Origin: an uncultured delta proteobacterium
GTDB lineage: Bacteria > Myxococcota > Myxococcia > Myxococcales > Anaeromyxobacteraceae
Reading direction: 5' to 3'
Length of the DNA stretch: 64,000 nt
Assembly (NCBI GenBank): GCA_963814585.1
Contig: CAWFDF010000014.1
Location: 64,001-128,000 of the forward strand
Shown: positions 1-10,321 of the stretch, piece after piece
Layout: every line of letters starts with the position of its first letter
Numbering within the stretch: the stretch's first letter is position 1
Program-made: the position numbers and the translations under genes
The notes under the pieces: generated by a model
Told to the model about the DNA's origin: nothing
Seen by the model: only the letters and a program-made list of their open reading frames with translations
Database searches by the model: none

Positions 1-338
1 TCCACGAGTCCAACCTGCAGGTGGCCTTCTCCACGGAGCACGAGTTCCTGCTGGCCCTCGACGCCAAGGGGTCGGTGATCGCCGGCCTCTTCTACCGGCC
101 GGTGGCGGCGGGGAGGGTCCACATGGAGAAGCTGGTGGTGGCGCGCAAGCAGCGCTCCAGGGGAATCGCCGACGGCCTGATGCGCGACTTCTTCCGCCGG
201 CTGCGGGCGCGCGGCGTCTTCACGGTCGAGACCGGCTACTTCCAGCCCGACTACCTGAAGCGGTTCGGGTTTCGCACCGATCCCTCCTCCGGTGGCCTGG
301 TCCGGGACATCGACGCCGACGAATCCTTCGAGTGGTAA
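1..338 (+). CDS. GNAT acetyltransferase domain protein, 3' part (5' end probably outside window)
   Basis: Frame is open back to the window edge; acetyl-CoA motif A 'LVVARKQRSRGIADGLM'. Confidence 0.7.
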   Translation, partial: HESNLQVAFSTEHEFLLALDAKGSVIAGLFYRPVAAGRVHMEKLVVARKQRSRGIADGLMRDFFRRLRARGVFTVETGYFQPDYLKRFGFRTDPSSGGLVRDIDADESFEW

Positions 339-1484
<1,146 letters not shown>

Positions 1485-1518
1485 GCCCCGCCGCCCCGGC
1501 CGGGGTCGATCGGCACCG

Positions 1519-2367
1519 ATGAAGTACCGCCTCCTCCTCCTGGCCGCCGCGGTCCTCTGGTCCTCGGCCGGCGCGGTCATCAAGCTCTCCGCGCTCGATG
1601 CCTGGCAGCTGGCCGGCGGGCGGGCGCTGGTGGCCGCGGTGTTCCTCGCCGTGGCCGTCCCGAGCGCGCGCCGCAGGCCATCGCTCCGCCTCCTCCTGGT
1701 GGCGATCGCCTACGCCTGCACCACCGTCCTCTTCGTCCTGTCCAACAAGCTCACCACCGCCGCCAACGCCATCTTCCTGCAGGACACGGCGCCGCTCTGG
1801 GTGCTGCTGCTCTCGCCCTGGGTGCTGGGCGAGCGCCCCACCCGCGGCGAGCTCCTCTCCATCCCCGTCTTCGGCGCCGGGATGGCTCTCTTCTTCCTCG
1901 ACCAGCTCTCCCCCGGCCAGCTGGCGGGCAACCTGGTGGCGCTCGCCGCCGGCGTCGCCTTCGCCGCCTCCATCCTCGGGCTCCGCCGTCTCGGTCCCGA
2001 GGGCCCGGCCGCGCTGGTGTGGGGCAACCTGCTGGCCGCCGCCGTCACGTTGCCGCTCTGGCCGCTCGGCCCCGCCGCCGGCGCCGCCGACCTGTGGGCG
2101 GTGGCCTTCCTCGGCGTCTTCCAGCTCGGGCTCTCCTACCTCTGCTTCTCGCTGGGACTGCGCGGCACCCCGGCGGTGGAGGCCTCGCTGCTGGTCCTCC
2201 TCGAGCCGGTGCTCAACCCGATCTGGACCTACCTCTTCGCCGGTGAGCGCCCCGGCGCCTGGGCGCTGGCCGGCGGGGCGGTGGTCCTGCTGGCCACCAC
2301 CTGGCGCACGCTGCAACCCTGGCTCCAGGAGCGGCGCCTCGGCTCGACCGCCGGCGCCGGGACTTGA
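1519..2367 (+). CDS. DMT/EamA family transporter
   Basis: About 10 hydrophobic segments; 'ANAIFLQDTAPLWV', 'LLEPVLNPIW..GE'. Confidence 0.88.
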   Translation: MKYRLLLLAAAVLWSSAGAVIKLSALDAWQLAGGRALVAAVFLAVAVPSARRRPSLRLLLVAIAYACTTVLFVLSNKLTTAANAIFLQDTAPLWVLLLSPWVLGERPTRGELLSIPVFGAGMALFFLDQLSPGQLAGNLVALAAGVAFAASILGLRRLGPEGPAALVWGNLLAAAVTLPLWPLGPAAGAADLWAVAFLGVFQLGLSYLCFSLGLRGTPAVEASLLVLLEPVLNPIWTYLFAGERPGAWALAGGAVVLLATTWRTLQPWLQERRLGSTAGAGT

Positions 2368-3019
2368 TACGACCCGGGCGCGCTCCAGCCACCTCACACC
2401 ACCGGCCCGCGGCCGGCTCCCCCCCGGCCGCTGCCCTCGCTGCGCCTTCCCGGCCGAGGGTGGCTGCCTCTGTCCGGCCATCCCCCGGCTCTCGGTGCCC
2501 TGGCGCGTGGTGGTGGTCCGCCATGCCAGCGAGATCCCCCGGCTCACCAACACCGGCCGCTGGGCGGTGGCCGCCCTGGAGGGCGCCACCACCTTCGACC
2601 ACGCCCTCGACGACACCCGCTCCGACGGCGACCTCGCGGCCCTGCTCGAGGACGGCGCGACCTGGCTCCTCTACCCATCGGCCCACGCCGGCGCGCCCCC
2701 TGGGCCGGCGGCGCGGACGCTGGTCGTCCCCGACGCCACCTGGGCCCAGGCGCGCCGCATGGTGCAGCGGATCGCCCCGCTCCGCGACCTGCCCCGGCTC
2801 GCCCTCCCTCCCCCGCCGCCCGCCACCCGGCTGCGACGACCGCCGCGGGCCGGGGGCATGTCCACGCTCGAGGCCATCGCCGGCGCCCTGGACCTGCTGG
2901 GCGACGGCGCTGCGGCCACCGCCCTGCGGGCCCTGCACCAGGCCGCCGTCGAGAAGACGCTCCGCCTCAAGGGCATGTGGCCCCCGACCCACGATCACCA
3001 CCACCCCGGGACCCGATGA
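2364..3019 (+). CDS. DTW-domain tRNA-uridine aminocarboxypropyltransferase (TapT-like); start uncertain
   Basis: In the frame of ORF 1598..3019: CPRC..CLC, HASE..TNTG, LLYP, DATW, STLEA. No in-frame ATG/GTG before the Cys motif; TTG 2364 is in another frame, so an indel in the C run near 2420 is possible. Confidence 0.75.
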
Positions 3020-4011
3020 CCGCCTCGTTCCTCCCCGCTCGCCTCCTGCGCCAGGCCGACGCCCAGACCATCTTCGCCAACCTCTGGAGACCCCGTCCGG
3101 GCCCACCCATGGTCCGGGTCAGGTGGGAGCTGGACGACGGCGACTTCCTCGACCTCGACCGGGCGGACGGCCCCGCGCCCGATGCCCCGGTGGCGGTGAT
3201 CTGCCATGGCCTGGAGGGCTCCTCGACCGCGCCCTACGTGCGCGGCCTGGCCCGCGCCCTGGTGAGGCGCGGGCTGGCGGTGGCGGCGCTCAACTTCCGG
3301 ACCTGCGGGGGGGAGCCCAACCGGCTGCCGCGCTCCTACCACTCGGGGGAGACCACCGACCTCGGCGAGGTGGTCCGGCGGCTGCTCGACGAGCGCCCGG
3401 GGCGCCCGGTGGTGGTGGCCGGGTTCTCGCTGGGGGGCAACGTGGTCACCAAGTGGCTCGGCGAGCACGGCGACATGCTGCCGGCCGGGGTGCGTGGCGG
3501 CGCGGCCATCTCGGTCCCCTTCGACCTCGGAGCCTGCCAGCGGCGGGTCGACGGCCCGGGGCGAGTCATGTGGATCTACCGCGAGCGGTTCATGCGCCGG
3601 CTGAGGCGGAAGGCCTCCCTCAAGGTCCGCCAGTTTCCCGGGCGCTTCGAGGCGGCGGCGCTGGCCCGCGCCACCACCTTCGCCGAGTACGACCAGCTGA
3701 TGACCGCCCCGGCCCATGGCTTCGCCTCGCGCGACGACTACTACGCGCGCTGCTCGGCCGGGCGCTTCGTCGCCGGGATCCGGCGCCCTTACCTGGCGCT
3801 CTCGGCGGCCGACGACCCCCTGGTCCCGGCCGAGTCGCTGCCGGTGGCCGAGGCCGGCGCCAACCCCGCGGTCCGGCTGGTGGTGACGTCCCACGGGGGC
3901 CACACCGGGTTCGTGGACGGCACCCCGCTGCGTCCCGGCTTCTGGGCCGAGCGGACCGTCGCCGACTTCCTGGCCGGCCTGGTGGGGCCGCCTACTTCAA
4001 CCCGCCCTTGA
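3016..4011 (+). CDS. YheT-family alpha/beta hydrolase
   Basis: HGLEGSS, GFSLGG nucleophile elbow, DDP, GGHTGF; ATGA overlap with the upstream stop. Confidence 0.88.
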   Translation: MTASFLPARLLRQADAQTIFANLWRPRPGPPMVRVRWELDDGDFLDLDRADGPAPDAPVAVICHGLEGSSTAPYVRGLARALVRRGLAVAALNFRTCGGEPNRLPRSYHSGETTDLGEVVRRLLDERPGRPVVVAGFSLGGNVVTKWLGEHGDMLPAGVRGGAAISVPFDLGACQRRVDGPGRVMWIYRERFMRRLRRKASLKVRQFPGRFEAAALARATTFAEYDQLMTAPAHGFASRDDYYARCSAGRFVAGIRRPYLALSAADDPLVPAESLPVAEAGANPAVRLVVTSHGGHTGFVDGTPLRPGFWAERTVADFLAGLVGPPTSTRP

Positions 4012-4282
4012 TGAAGGCCGCGACGTCGTGGATCTCGGCCGGGGTGAGCTTGCCGCCGAACGGCGTCATCTTCCCCCGACCCTTCGTGACGACGGCCTCC
4101 GTCTCCTCGGCGCTCAGCTTGGAGACGGTCAGGTCCTTCACGCCCAGCTTCTTCCCCATGGCGGTCTGGCCCTTGCCGTCGGGGCCGTGGCAGGCGGAGC
4201 ACTTGGAGGCGAAGGTGGACTTCCCGTCGGCGATGGCGGCGCTGGCGGCGAGGAGGGCGACGACGAGGAAGAGTCGCTTCAT
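3992..4282 (-). CDS. Monoheme class I cytochrome c
   Basis: Signal peptide MKRLFLVVALLAASAAIA, CSACH, distal Met in 'GKMTPF'. Confidence 0.9.
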   Translation of the reverse strand: MKRLFLVVALLAASAAIADGKSTFASKCSACHGPDGKGQTAMGKKLGVKDLTVSKLSAEETEAVVTKGRGKMTPFGGKLTPAEIHDVAAFIKGGLK

Positions 4283-4317
4283 GTGGTTCTCCCGTGTTGG
4301 TCGAGGCGAGTGGAAGG

Positions 4318-5544
4318 TCAGTGGCTGGCGGTCGCGGTCCCCGCGGTCTTGAAGGTACCGACGAGGATCGGCACCGAGATCTTCACCAGGATGGTGAAGA
4401 TGAGGAAGCCTACCCCGAAGATGCCGAGGGCGATCGACCACTCCGTCAGGGTCGGCCGGTACTCGTAGATCTCGCCGAGGGTGTCCGGGGTCATCCCGGG
4501 AATCACCAGCCCCAGCCCCTTCTCGATGTAGACGCCCGACCAGATGAGCAGGCAGCCCAGGTTGAGGGTGGCCCAGTTCTGCCGCAGCTTCGGCACCAGG
4601 AAGATGATGAAGGCCGCGATGCTGGCGAAGAGCGAGGTCCAGGCGTAGGGCACCAGCGCCCGGTGCTCCCCGATTCCGAACCAGAGGTACTGGGTGTACA
4701 GGAGCTCCTGGGTCTGCGAGTAGAACTCCTTGAAGAGCTCGGCCCCCAGCAGGAAGAGGTTGATGAACATGGCGTAGGCCATGAGCTCGGCGAGCTTCCA
4801 GATGGCCTCGTCCTTGATGGGGATCCTGGTGGTCTTCCGCAGCACCTGGAAGAGGATGATCATCACCGCCGGCCCGGAGCAGAAGGCCGAGGCCAGGAAG
4901 CGGGGCGCCAGGATCGAGGCGTTCCAGTACGGGCGGGCCGCCATGCCGTTGTAGAGGAAGGCGGTCACGGTGTGCGTGCTGATGGAGACCGGGATGGAGA
5001 TCAGGACCAGGGGGAGCAGGATGGACTTGTTCGGCTCCCGGCCGGCGTAGGCCTGGTACAGGATGTAGACGACCACCACCAGGTTGAGGATGAGGTAGAG
5101 GTTGAGCACCAGCGCGTCCCAGGTCAGCAGCGACTGGGGCCAGTTGGGCGTGCCGAGCAGCGGGAACATGTGGAGCATCCGGTCGGGCCGCCCCATGTCC
5201 ACCAGGATGAAGAGCAGGCACATGGCCAGGGCCGAGATGGCCAGCAGCTCGCCGAGGAGCACCACCTCCTTGAGCGGTCCCCAGTGGTAGACGTAGGCGG
5301 GGATGACCAGCAGCACCGCCGCGGCCGCCACGCCGACCAGGAAGGTGAAGTTGCCGATGTAGAAGGCCCAGCTGACCTGGTCACGGATGTTGGTGGCGAT
5401 CAGGCCGGTGCGGGCCTGGTGGACGTAGCCGAAGACGCCGATGACGATGGCCACCAGCAGCGCCGCGACCCAGGTGTAGTAGGCCTTGTTGCCCGTCCTG
5501 ATCTGGCGGCCACAGCCCTTGAGGAACTCCAGGATGCCTGTCAT
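4318..5544 (-). CDS. NrfD/PsrC-family quinone-interacting membrane protein (DsrP-like)
   Basis: About 10 TM helices; 'VSWAFYIGNFTFLVGVAAAA', 'DMGRPDR', 'HTVTAFLY..RPYW', 'EYRPT..EW'. Confidence 0.88.
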   Translation of the reverse strand: MTGILEFLKGCGRQIRTGNKAYYTWVAALLVAIVIGVFGYVHQARTGLIATNIRDQVSWAFYIGNFTFLVGVAAAAVLLVIPAYVYHWGPLKEVVLLGELLAISALAMCLLFILVDMGRPDRMLHMFPLLGTPNWPQSLLTWDALVLNLYLILNLVVVVYILYQAYAGREPNKSILLPLVLISIPVSISTHTVTAFLYNGMAARPYWNASILAPRFLASAFCSGPAVMIILFQVLRKTTRIPIKDEAIWKLAELMAYAMFINLFLLGAELFKEFYSQTQELLYTQYLWFGIGEHRALVPYAWTSLFASIAAFIIFLVPKLRQNWATLNLGCLLIWSGVYIEKGLGLVIPGMTPDTLGEIYEYRPTLTEWSIALGIFGVGFLIFTILVKISVPILVGTFKTAGTATASH

Positions 5545-5556
5545 GTGCCGGCCTCG

Positions 5557-6516
5557 TCAGGTGGCGTAGAAGTAGTAGAACTGGGGATGGGTGGCGAGCT
5601 CCTCCTTGAAGACGAAGACCCGCTTGGTCTCCATCACCCGCCGGATCTCGCTCTCCGGGTCGAGGAGGTTGCCGAACTTCCGCGCCCCCACCGGGCAGGC
5701 CTCGACGCAGGCCGTGTAGCGCCCGTTCCGTGCCCGCTGGATGCAGAAGGTGCACTTCTCCACCACGCCCTTGGGGCGCGGCCGGTTGCCGAGGAAGTGC
5801 TGGCTGGGGTTGAGCTCGGCGGCCGGGAGGGTGGGCTCGGCGAGGTTGAAGTGACGGGCACCGTACGGGCAGGCCGACATGCAGCAGCGGCAGCCGATGC
5901 ACCAGTCGTAGTCGATGACCACGATGCCGTCCTTCTCCTTCCAGGTGGCCTGGGTGGGGCACGCCTTCACGCAGGGCGGGTTCCGGCACTGCTGGCACTG
6001 CACCGGGAAGTAGAACTTGCCCGGCTGGGGCACGGTGGCCGGATCGTAGTAGTGCTCGGCGTGGGTGAGGTCGACGCCGTGCTCCTTGTCCAGCTGGAGG
6101 ACGCGGATCCAGTGGATCTGCGGATGCTGGCGCGACTGGTTGTTCTCCTTGACGCAGGCGTAGACGCAGCGGCGGCAGCCGATGCAGCGGGAGAGGTCGA
6201 GGCCGTAGCCGAACTCGACGCCCGCGCGTGGTCCCTCTGCGGTGACGGTGGTGGCGCGCCCGAACTTCTTCTGGTTGCTCGCCTCCACCCTCGCCAGCGT
6301 CCGCTTCAGCTGGTCGGGCGTCAGCTCCCGGAAGTGGCTGCGGAAGAACTCCTCCATGGTGAGCCCGCCACAGCCCGCCAGCGAGGCCAGGGCGGCGCCG
6401 GCGGCCGCGGTGCGCAGGAAGGCGCGGCGCTCGGGATCGACGCCCTGCTCGCGCAGGTCGGGGGCGAGGTCGACCGGGGAGGCCGGCAGGACGGGGAGCG
6501 GCTGACGGGGGCTCAC
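5557..6516 (-). CDS. Tat-exported 4x[4Fe-4S] protein (NrfC/DsrO-like)
   Basis: RRAFL twin-arginine; CIGCRRC..C, CQQC..PPCVKAC, CIGCRCC..CP, CTFC..CVEACP; GTGA overlap with the upstream stop. Confidence 0.9.
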   Translation of the reverse strand: MSPRQPLPVLPASPVDLAPDLREQGVDPERRAFLRTAAAGAALASLAGCGGLTMEEFFRSHFRELTPDQLKRTLARVEASNQKKFGRATTVTAEGPRAGVEFGYGLDLSRCIGCRRCVYACVKENNQSRQHPQIHWIRVLQLDKEHGVDLTHAEHYYDPATVPQPGKFYFPVQCQQCRNPPCVKACPTQATWKEKDGIVVIDYDWCIGCRCCMSACPYGARHFNLAEPTLPAAELNPSQHFLGNRPRPKGVVEKCTFCIQRARNGRYTACVEACPVGARKFGNLLDPESEIRRVMETKRVFVFKEELATHPQFYYFYAT

Positions 6517-7151
6517 GGGCGCACCTCTTCTGGCCGGCGGGGCCGGGGCTCGGGCTTGATCTTCTCCAGCGTCGGCATGACCACCTTCTTGCCGTCCACC
6601 ACCACCTCCTTCTCCCCCTTGAAGAGCGGTGCATGCGGGTTGTGGCAGTTCACGCAGAGGAAATAGGTCTTGAGGCCGTCCCAGTTCCCGATCCGCTTCC
6701 CGTGCACCCCGGCGCGCCAGTCGCGGAGCTTGTCGCCGTGGCACTGGCCGCAGAGCCGGTAGGACTCGGTGAACGGGACCAGCGCGCCGTTGGTGAGGTG
6801 GAGCTGGTCGCGCTTCTGGGCGTCGTGGCAGTCGAGGCACCAGCGGTGCTCGGCGTCATGGGCGAAGACCGACTGCTGCTCCTCGTGGAAGCCGAGCTCG
6901 CGGCGCGTCGTGTTCACCTTCTCCTTCCCGTCGTGGCAGCCACTGCACGGGAAGATTCCCTCGGTGAACGGGGGGCTCAGGGCCTGGACCTCCTGGGAGC
7001 TGGGCGCCGGGCTCTTCTCCGGCCTGGCGTCGGCCTTGGCAGCAGGCTTCGGCTCGCTGGCGCCGGCCCAGCCACCGGCCGCCAGGGCCAGCGCGAGCAG
7101 CATCGCCGGCCAGGCGCGGGTCAGTCTCCGGGTCAACCAGTCGGGGCGCAT
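6513..7151 (-). CDS. Periplasmic tetraheme cytochrome c
   Basis: Signal peptide; four heme motifs CSGCH, CLDCH, CGQCH, CVNCH. Confidence 0.9.
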   Translation of the reverse strand: MRPDWLTRRLTRAWPAMLLALALAAGGWAGASEPKPAAKADARPEKSPAPSSQEVQALSPPFTEGIFPCSGCHDGKEKVNTTRRELGFHEEQQSVFAHDAEHRWCLDCHDAQKRDQLHLTNGALVPFTESYRLCGQCHGDKLRDWRAGVHGKRIGNWDGLKTYFLCVNCHNPHAPLFKGEKEVVVDGKKVVMPTLEKIKPEPRPRRPEEVRP

Positions 7152-7172
7152 GCATCCTCCAGTCGGAGAGGG

Positions 7173-7215
7173 AGGCTACCTCTCCGGAGGGGGATGCCTT
7201 CTTGATCTGGCTCAA
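7173..7215 (-). promoter_or_regulatory. Crp/Fnr-family box with class II promoter geometry for the cytochrome operon
   Basis: TTGATctggCTCAA at 7202-7215 (one mismatch to TTGAT-N4-ATCAA); minus-strand TAGCCT at 7178-7173 places the box centre near -42. Confidence 0.6.
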
Positions 7216-7287
7216 GGGGGGCGGTCAATTTCGGTTTCGATCGGGTGGTTGGAGCCGCCCCCGACCCGAGGCCGAACCGCCCCTCCC

Positions 7288-7476
7288 CTACTTGGCCTTC
7301 AGCTTGTCGAGCTCGGCGTTCTGCGACGCGACCAGCTTCTCGAGCCGGCGGATGTCCTCGCGACGGGTGGCGAGCTCGGCCTCGAGCTGGACCTTCTCGT
7401 CCCTCAGCTTCAGGTACCCGTTCATCAACCCCTGAACCTGGGCCACCAGCCCGGTCAGGTCCTTGAGTTCCGTCAT
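7288..7476 (-). CDS. Small coiled-coil protein (ZapB-like)
   Basis: 62 aa, heptad pattern LRDEKVQLEAELATRREDIRRLEKL; GAGGA RBS upstream. Confidence 0.6.
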   Translation of the reverse strand: MTELKDLTGLVAQVQGLMNGYLKLRDEKVQLEAELATRREDIRRLEKLVASQNAELDKLKAK

Positions 7477-7667
7477 GGCGTGATCCTCTTCGGCAAGGAC
7501 GGCGTCCTCCCTGGAGGACGCCGTCGGAGTGGAGGCCCCCGGGACGCTTGGCCGGGGCGCGCGGGCGCGGAGACTCTCACGGCCGGGCCGCCCGAGGCAA
7601 GCGTTGCGCCTCCATCCACTCCATGCCACCTTCCGGCTGGTCCAGACACCGAACGAGGGCGCTCGAC

Positions 7668-8759
7668 ATGGGCAACAGGTTCCGTATCGCCATCAACACC
7701 GGAGGCGGCGACGCTCCCGGGCTCAACGCCGTCATCTACGCGGTCACCATGGCGGCCCACGGGCGCGGCTGGGAGGTCCACGGGATCCTGCAGGGGTACG
7801 CCGGGCTCTTCGACACCAGCAAGATCGTGCACCTCACGCCCGAGAAGGTGGCGGGGATCATGGACCACGGCGGGACCATCCTCGGCACCACCAACCGGGG
7901 CGATCCCTTCCGCCGTCCGCACGAGCGCCCCGACGGCACCGTCGAGTTCCGCGACGAGTCGGACAAGCTCCTCGAGAACTTCCGGCGGCTCGGCTTCGAC
8001 GTGCTGGTGGCGGTGGGCGGCGACGGCTCCCTCCACCTGGCGCACCGCCTCTCGCAGAAGGGGCTGAGCGTGGTCTGCGTGCCCAAGACCATCGACAACG
8101 ACCTGCCGCTGACGCAGCAGACCTTCGGCTTCGACACCGCGGTCAGCACCGCCACCGACGCCATCGACAAGCTCCACTCGACCGCGGAGGCCCACGAGCG
8201 GGTCATGGTGGTCGAGGTGATGGGGCGGTACGCGGGCTGGATCGCCCTCCACAGCGGCCTCTCGGGGGACGCCGACGTCATCCTCATCCCCGAGATCCCG
8301 TTCGACGTCGACAAGGTGTGCGACCGGATCATGGAGAACGAGGTCCGGGGCAAGCGCCACGGCATCGTCGTGGTGGCCGAGGGGGCCAAGGTGGGTGGCC
8401 AGCTGGTCACCAAGGAGAAGACCGACGAGCACCGCGAGGAGGTGGTGCTGGGCGGCGTGGCCGAGTGGGTGGCGAGGGAGATCAAGCGGCGCACCGGCAA
8501 GGAGACCCGCTCGCTGGTGCTGGGCCACCTGCAGCGCGGTGGTTCCCCGACCACCTGGGACCGCCTCCTGTCCCTCCGCTTCGGCGCGGCGGCGGTGCGC
8601 TTCATCGCCGAGGGGCAGCGCAACGTCATGGTGGCGTGGCAGCCGCCGGTCATGAAGGCGGTCCCGCTCGGCGACGTGATCGGCAGGACCAAGCTGGTCC
8701 CGATCGACTCCGACACCGTCCAGACCTGCCGCGACCTCGGCATCTCGCTGGGCGACTGA
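7668..8759 (+). CDS. pfkA: 6-phosphofructokinase (PfkA family)
   Basis: TGGGDAPGLN, GGDGS, PKTIDND, EVMGR, LGHLQRGG. Confidence 0.93.
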   Translation: MGNRFRIAINTGGGDAPGLNAVIYAVTMAAHGRGWEVHGILQGYAGLFDTSKIVHLTPEKVAGIMDHGGTILGTTNRGDPFRRPHERPDGTVEFRDESDKLLENFRRLGFDVLVAVGGDGSLHLAHRLSQKGLSVVCVPKTIDNDLPLTQQTFGFDTAVSTATDAIDKLHSTAEAHERVMVVEVMGRYAGWIALHSGLSGDADVILIPEIPFDVDKVCDRIMENEVRGKRHGIVVVAEGAKVGGQLVTKEKTDEHREEVVLGGVAEWVAREIKRRTGKETRSLVLGHLQRGGSPTTWDRLLSLRFGAAAVRFIAEGQRNVMVAWQPPVMKAVPLGDVIGRTKLVPIDSDTVQTCRDLGISLGD

Positions 8760-8815
8760 CCGCACGCCGGCGCGGGCGACTGGTGCGGCGCCGTCCAGGC
8801 GCCTAACATCGACGC

Positions 8816-10321
8816 ATGCGGATCGCGAACGGCACCGTGGCCGCCATCCTGGCCGCGATCATGGGGTGCGCCACCAGCGTGGCCTTCGTCTGCCCGGCCC
8901 GGGGCGGCCCGGCCTGGCGCGACATCGGCAGCGATCACTTCGTCCTCCGCACCGACCTCGAGCTGGAGGAGGCCACTCGGCTCCTGGCGCGGCTCGAGCG
9001 GCTCCGCACCGCCGTGGTGTCCGCGCTGTTCGACGAGGTCCCGCCGTCGAGGAGCGGCGTCGAGGTGGTGGCCTTCCGGAGCGAGGCGACATACCGCGCC
9101 TTCGCGCCGCCGGGCGTCGACGCCTACTACCTCCGCTCCGCGGGGGGGCCGCCGCGGATCGTCCTGGCCGGAAGGCTCGACAGCCGCCAGCGGGCCATGC
9201 TGGCCCACGAGCTGACCCACCACTACCTCTCCAGCGTCTTCGTCCGGCAGCCGCGCTGGTTCTCCGAGGGGCTGTCGACCCTGATGGAGCCGGTGGGCGA
9301 TCAAGGGGACGGCCCGCTGATCACGGTCGGCCAGCCGCCAGCGGCCCGGCTGACGCGGCTGCGGAACCCCACCAGCCGCGTCACCACTCGCGAGCTGCTG
9401 GAGTGGGAGGGCGGGCCCACCCCCAAGCACCCGGCGCTCGACTACTACGGCGCCAGCTGGCTGCTGGTCCACTACCTCGCCTCCCGCTCGCCGGATCGCT
9501 TCGCCGACCTGCAGCGACGGCTGTCCCGAGGCGAGTCCCCGGACGCCGCGTGGCGAGGGGCCTTCCCGGACTGGGACCCCGCCAGGCCGCGCGCCCTGGA
9601 GGGGCTCGACCAGGCCCTCGAGGCCTACCTCTACGCCGAGGCCCAGACCCGCACCCGGCAGGTGCCGGAGACCTGGGACCAGGAGCCGCTGGTGCGCCTC
9701 ATCCCACCCGCCGAGGTCCACGCCATCCGCCTGGCCCTCTGGAACCTGGGACCGGACAAGGGGATCCCGGCGCTCCGGACCGAGGTCACCGAGGCCCTCA
9801 GCGAGGATCCCGACCACCCGCTCGCGCTGCAGCGGCAGGCGGCGCTGACGGGCGAGCCGCCCCTCCCGCTGGCCCGCCGGGCCGTGAGCAGCCATCCGGA
9901 CGACCCCCGCGCCTGGACCTTCCTGGCCGGCGCCCTGACCGGCGACGAGAACGCCGCCGAGCGGCTGCAGGCCTACCAGGCGGCGGCCCGGCTCGCCGAG
10001 GGCAACGCCGCCGCGCTGCACAACCTCTCGATCGAGCTTCTCTCGCAGGGTCGAAGCGGCCAGGCCCTGCCGGTGGCCCGGGAGGCGGTCCGGCTGGCGC
10101 CCTGGAGCCCCCCCCTGCTCGACGGCTACGCCGCGGTGCTGGCGGATCTCGGGCTCTGCGCGCAGGCCGTCGACGCCCAGCTGCGAGCGCTGGAGGTGCT
10201 TCCGGAGCGCTCCGGCGAGACGGTCGGCCAGGCGCTCAAGGACCGGCTCCAGCAGATCCGCGTCCAGTGCCGGATGGTGCCGTCCTCGCCGCCGTCCGGC
10301 GCGCCGCCTTCCGCAGGATGA
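8816..10321 (+). CDS. Exported (lipo)protein with gluzincin-like HExxH domain (DUF1570/peptidase MA-like) and C-terminal TPR-like repeats
   Basis: Lipobox-like IMGC; AHELTHHYL...PRWFSEGLS; 'YYGASWLLVHYL'; helical repeats. Confidence 0.7.
   Translation: MRIANGTVAAILAAIMGCATSVAFVCPARGGPAWRDIGSDHFVLRTDLELEEATRLLARLERLRTAVVSALFDEVPPSRSGVEVVAFRSEATYRAFAPPGVDAYYLRSAGGPPRIVLAGRLDSRQRAMLAHELTHHYLSSVFVRQPRWFSEGLSTLMEPVGDQGDGPLITVGQPPAARLTRLRNPTSRVTTRELLEWEGGPTPKHPALDYYGASWLLVHYLASRSPDRFADLQRRLSRGESPDAAWRGAFPDWDPARPRALEGLDQALEAYLYAEAQTRTRQVPETWDQEPLVRLIPPAEVHAIRLALWNLGPDKGIPALRTEVTEALSEDPDHPLALQRQAALTGEPPLPLARRAVSSHPDDPRAWTFLAGALTGDENAAERLQAYQAAARLAEGNAAALHNLSIELLSQGRSGQALPVAREAVRLAPWSPPLLDGYAAVLADLGLCAQAVDAQLRALEVLPERSGETVGQALKDRLQQIRVQCRMVPSSPPSGAPPSAG

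Noticed and set aside
4318..6516. Evidence of dissimilatory sulfate reduction from DsrO/DsrP-like genes
   Set aside because: No dsrAB, dsrC or dsrMK in the window; NrfCD-type modules are used in many pathways.
10236..10321. 86-bp convergent overlap of rluD and the TPR-peptidase gene
   Set aside because: Both tails are low-complexity read-through typical of stop-poor GC-rich DNA.
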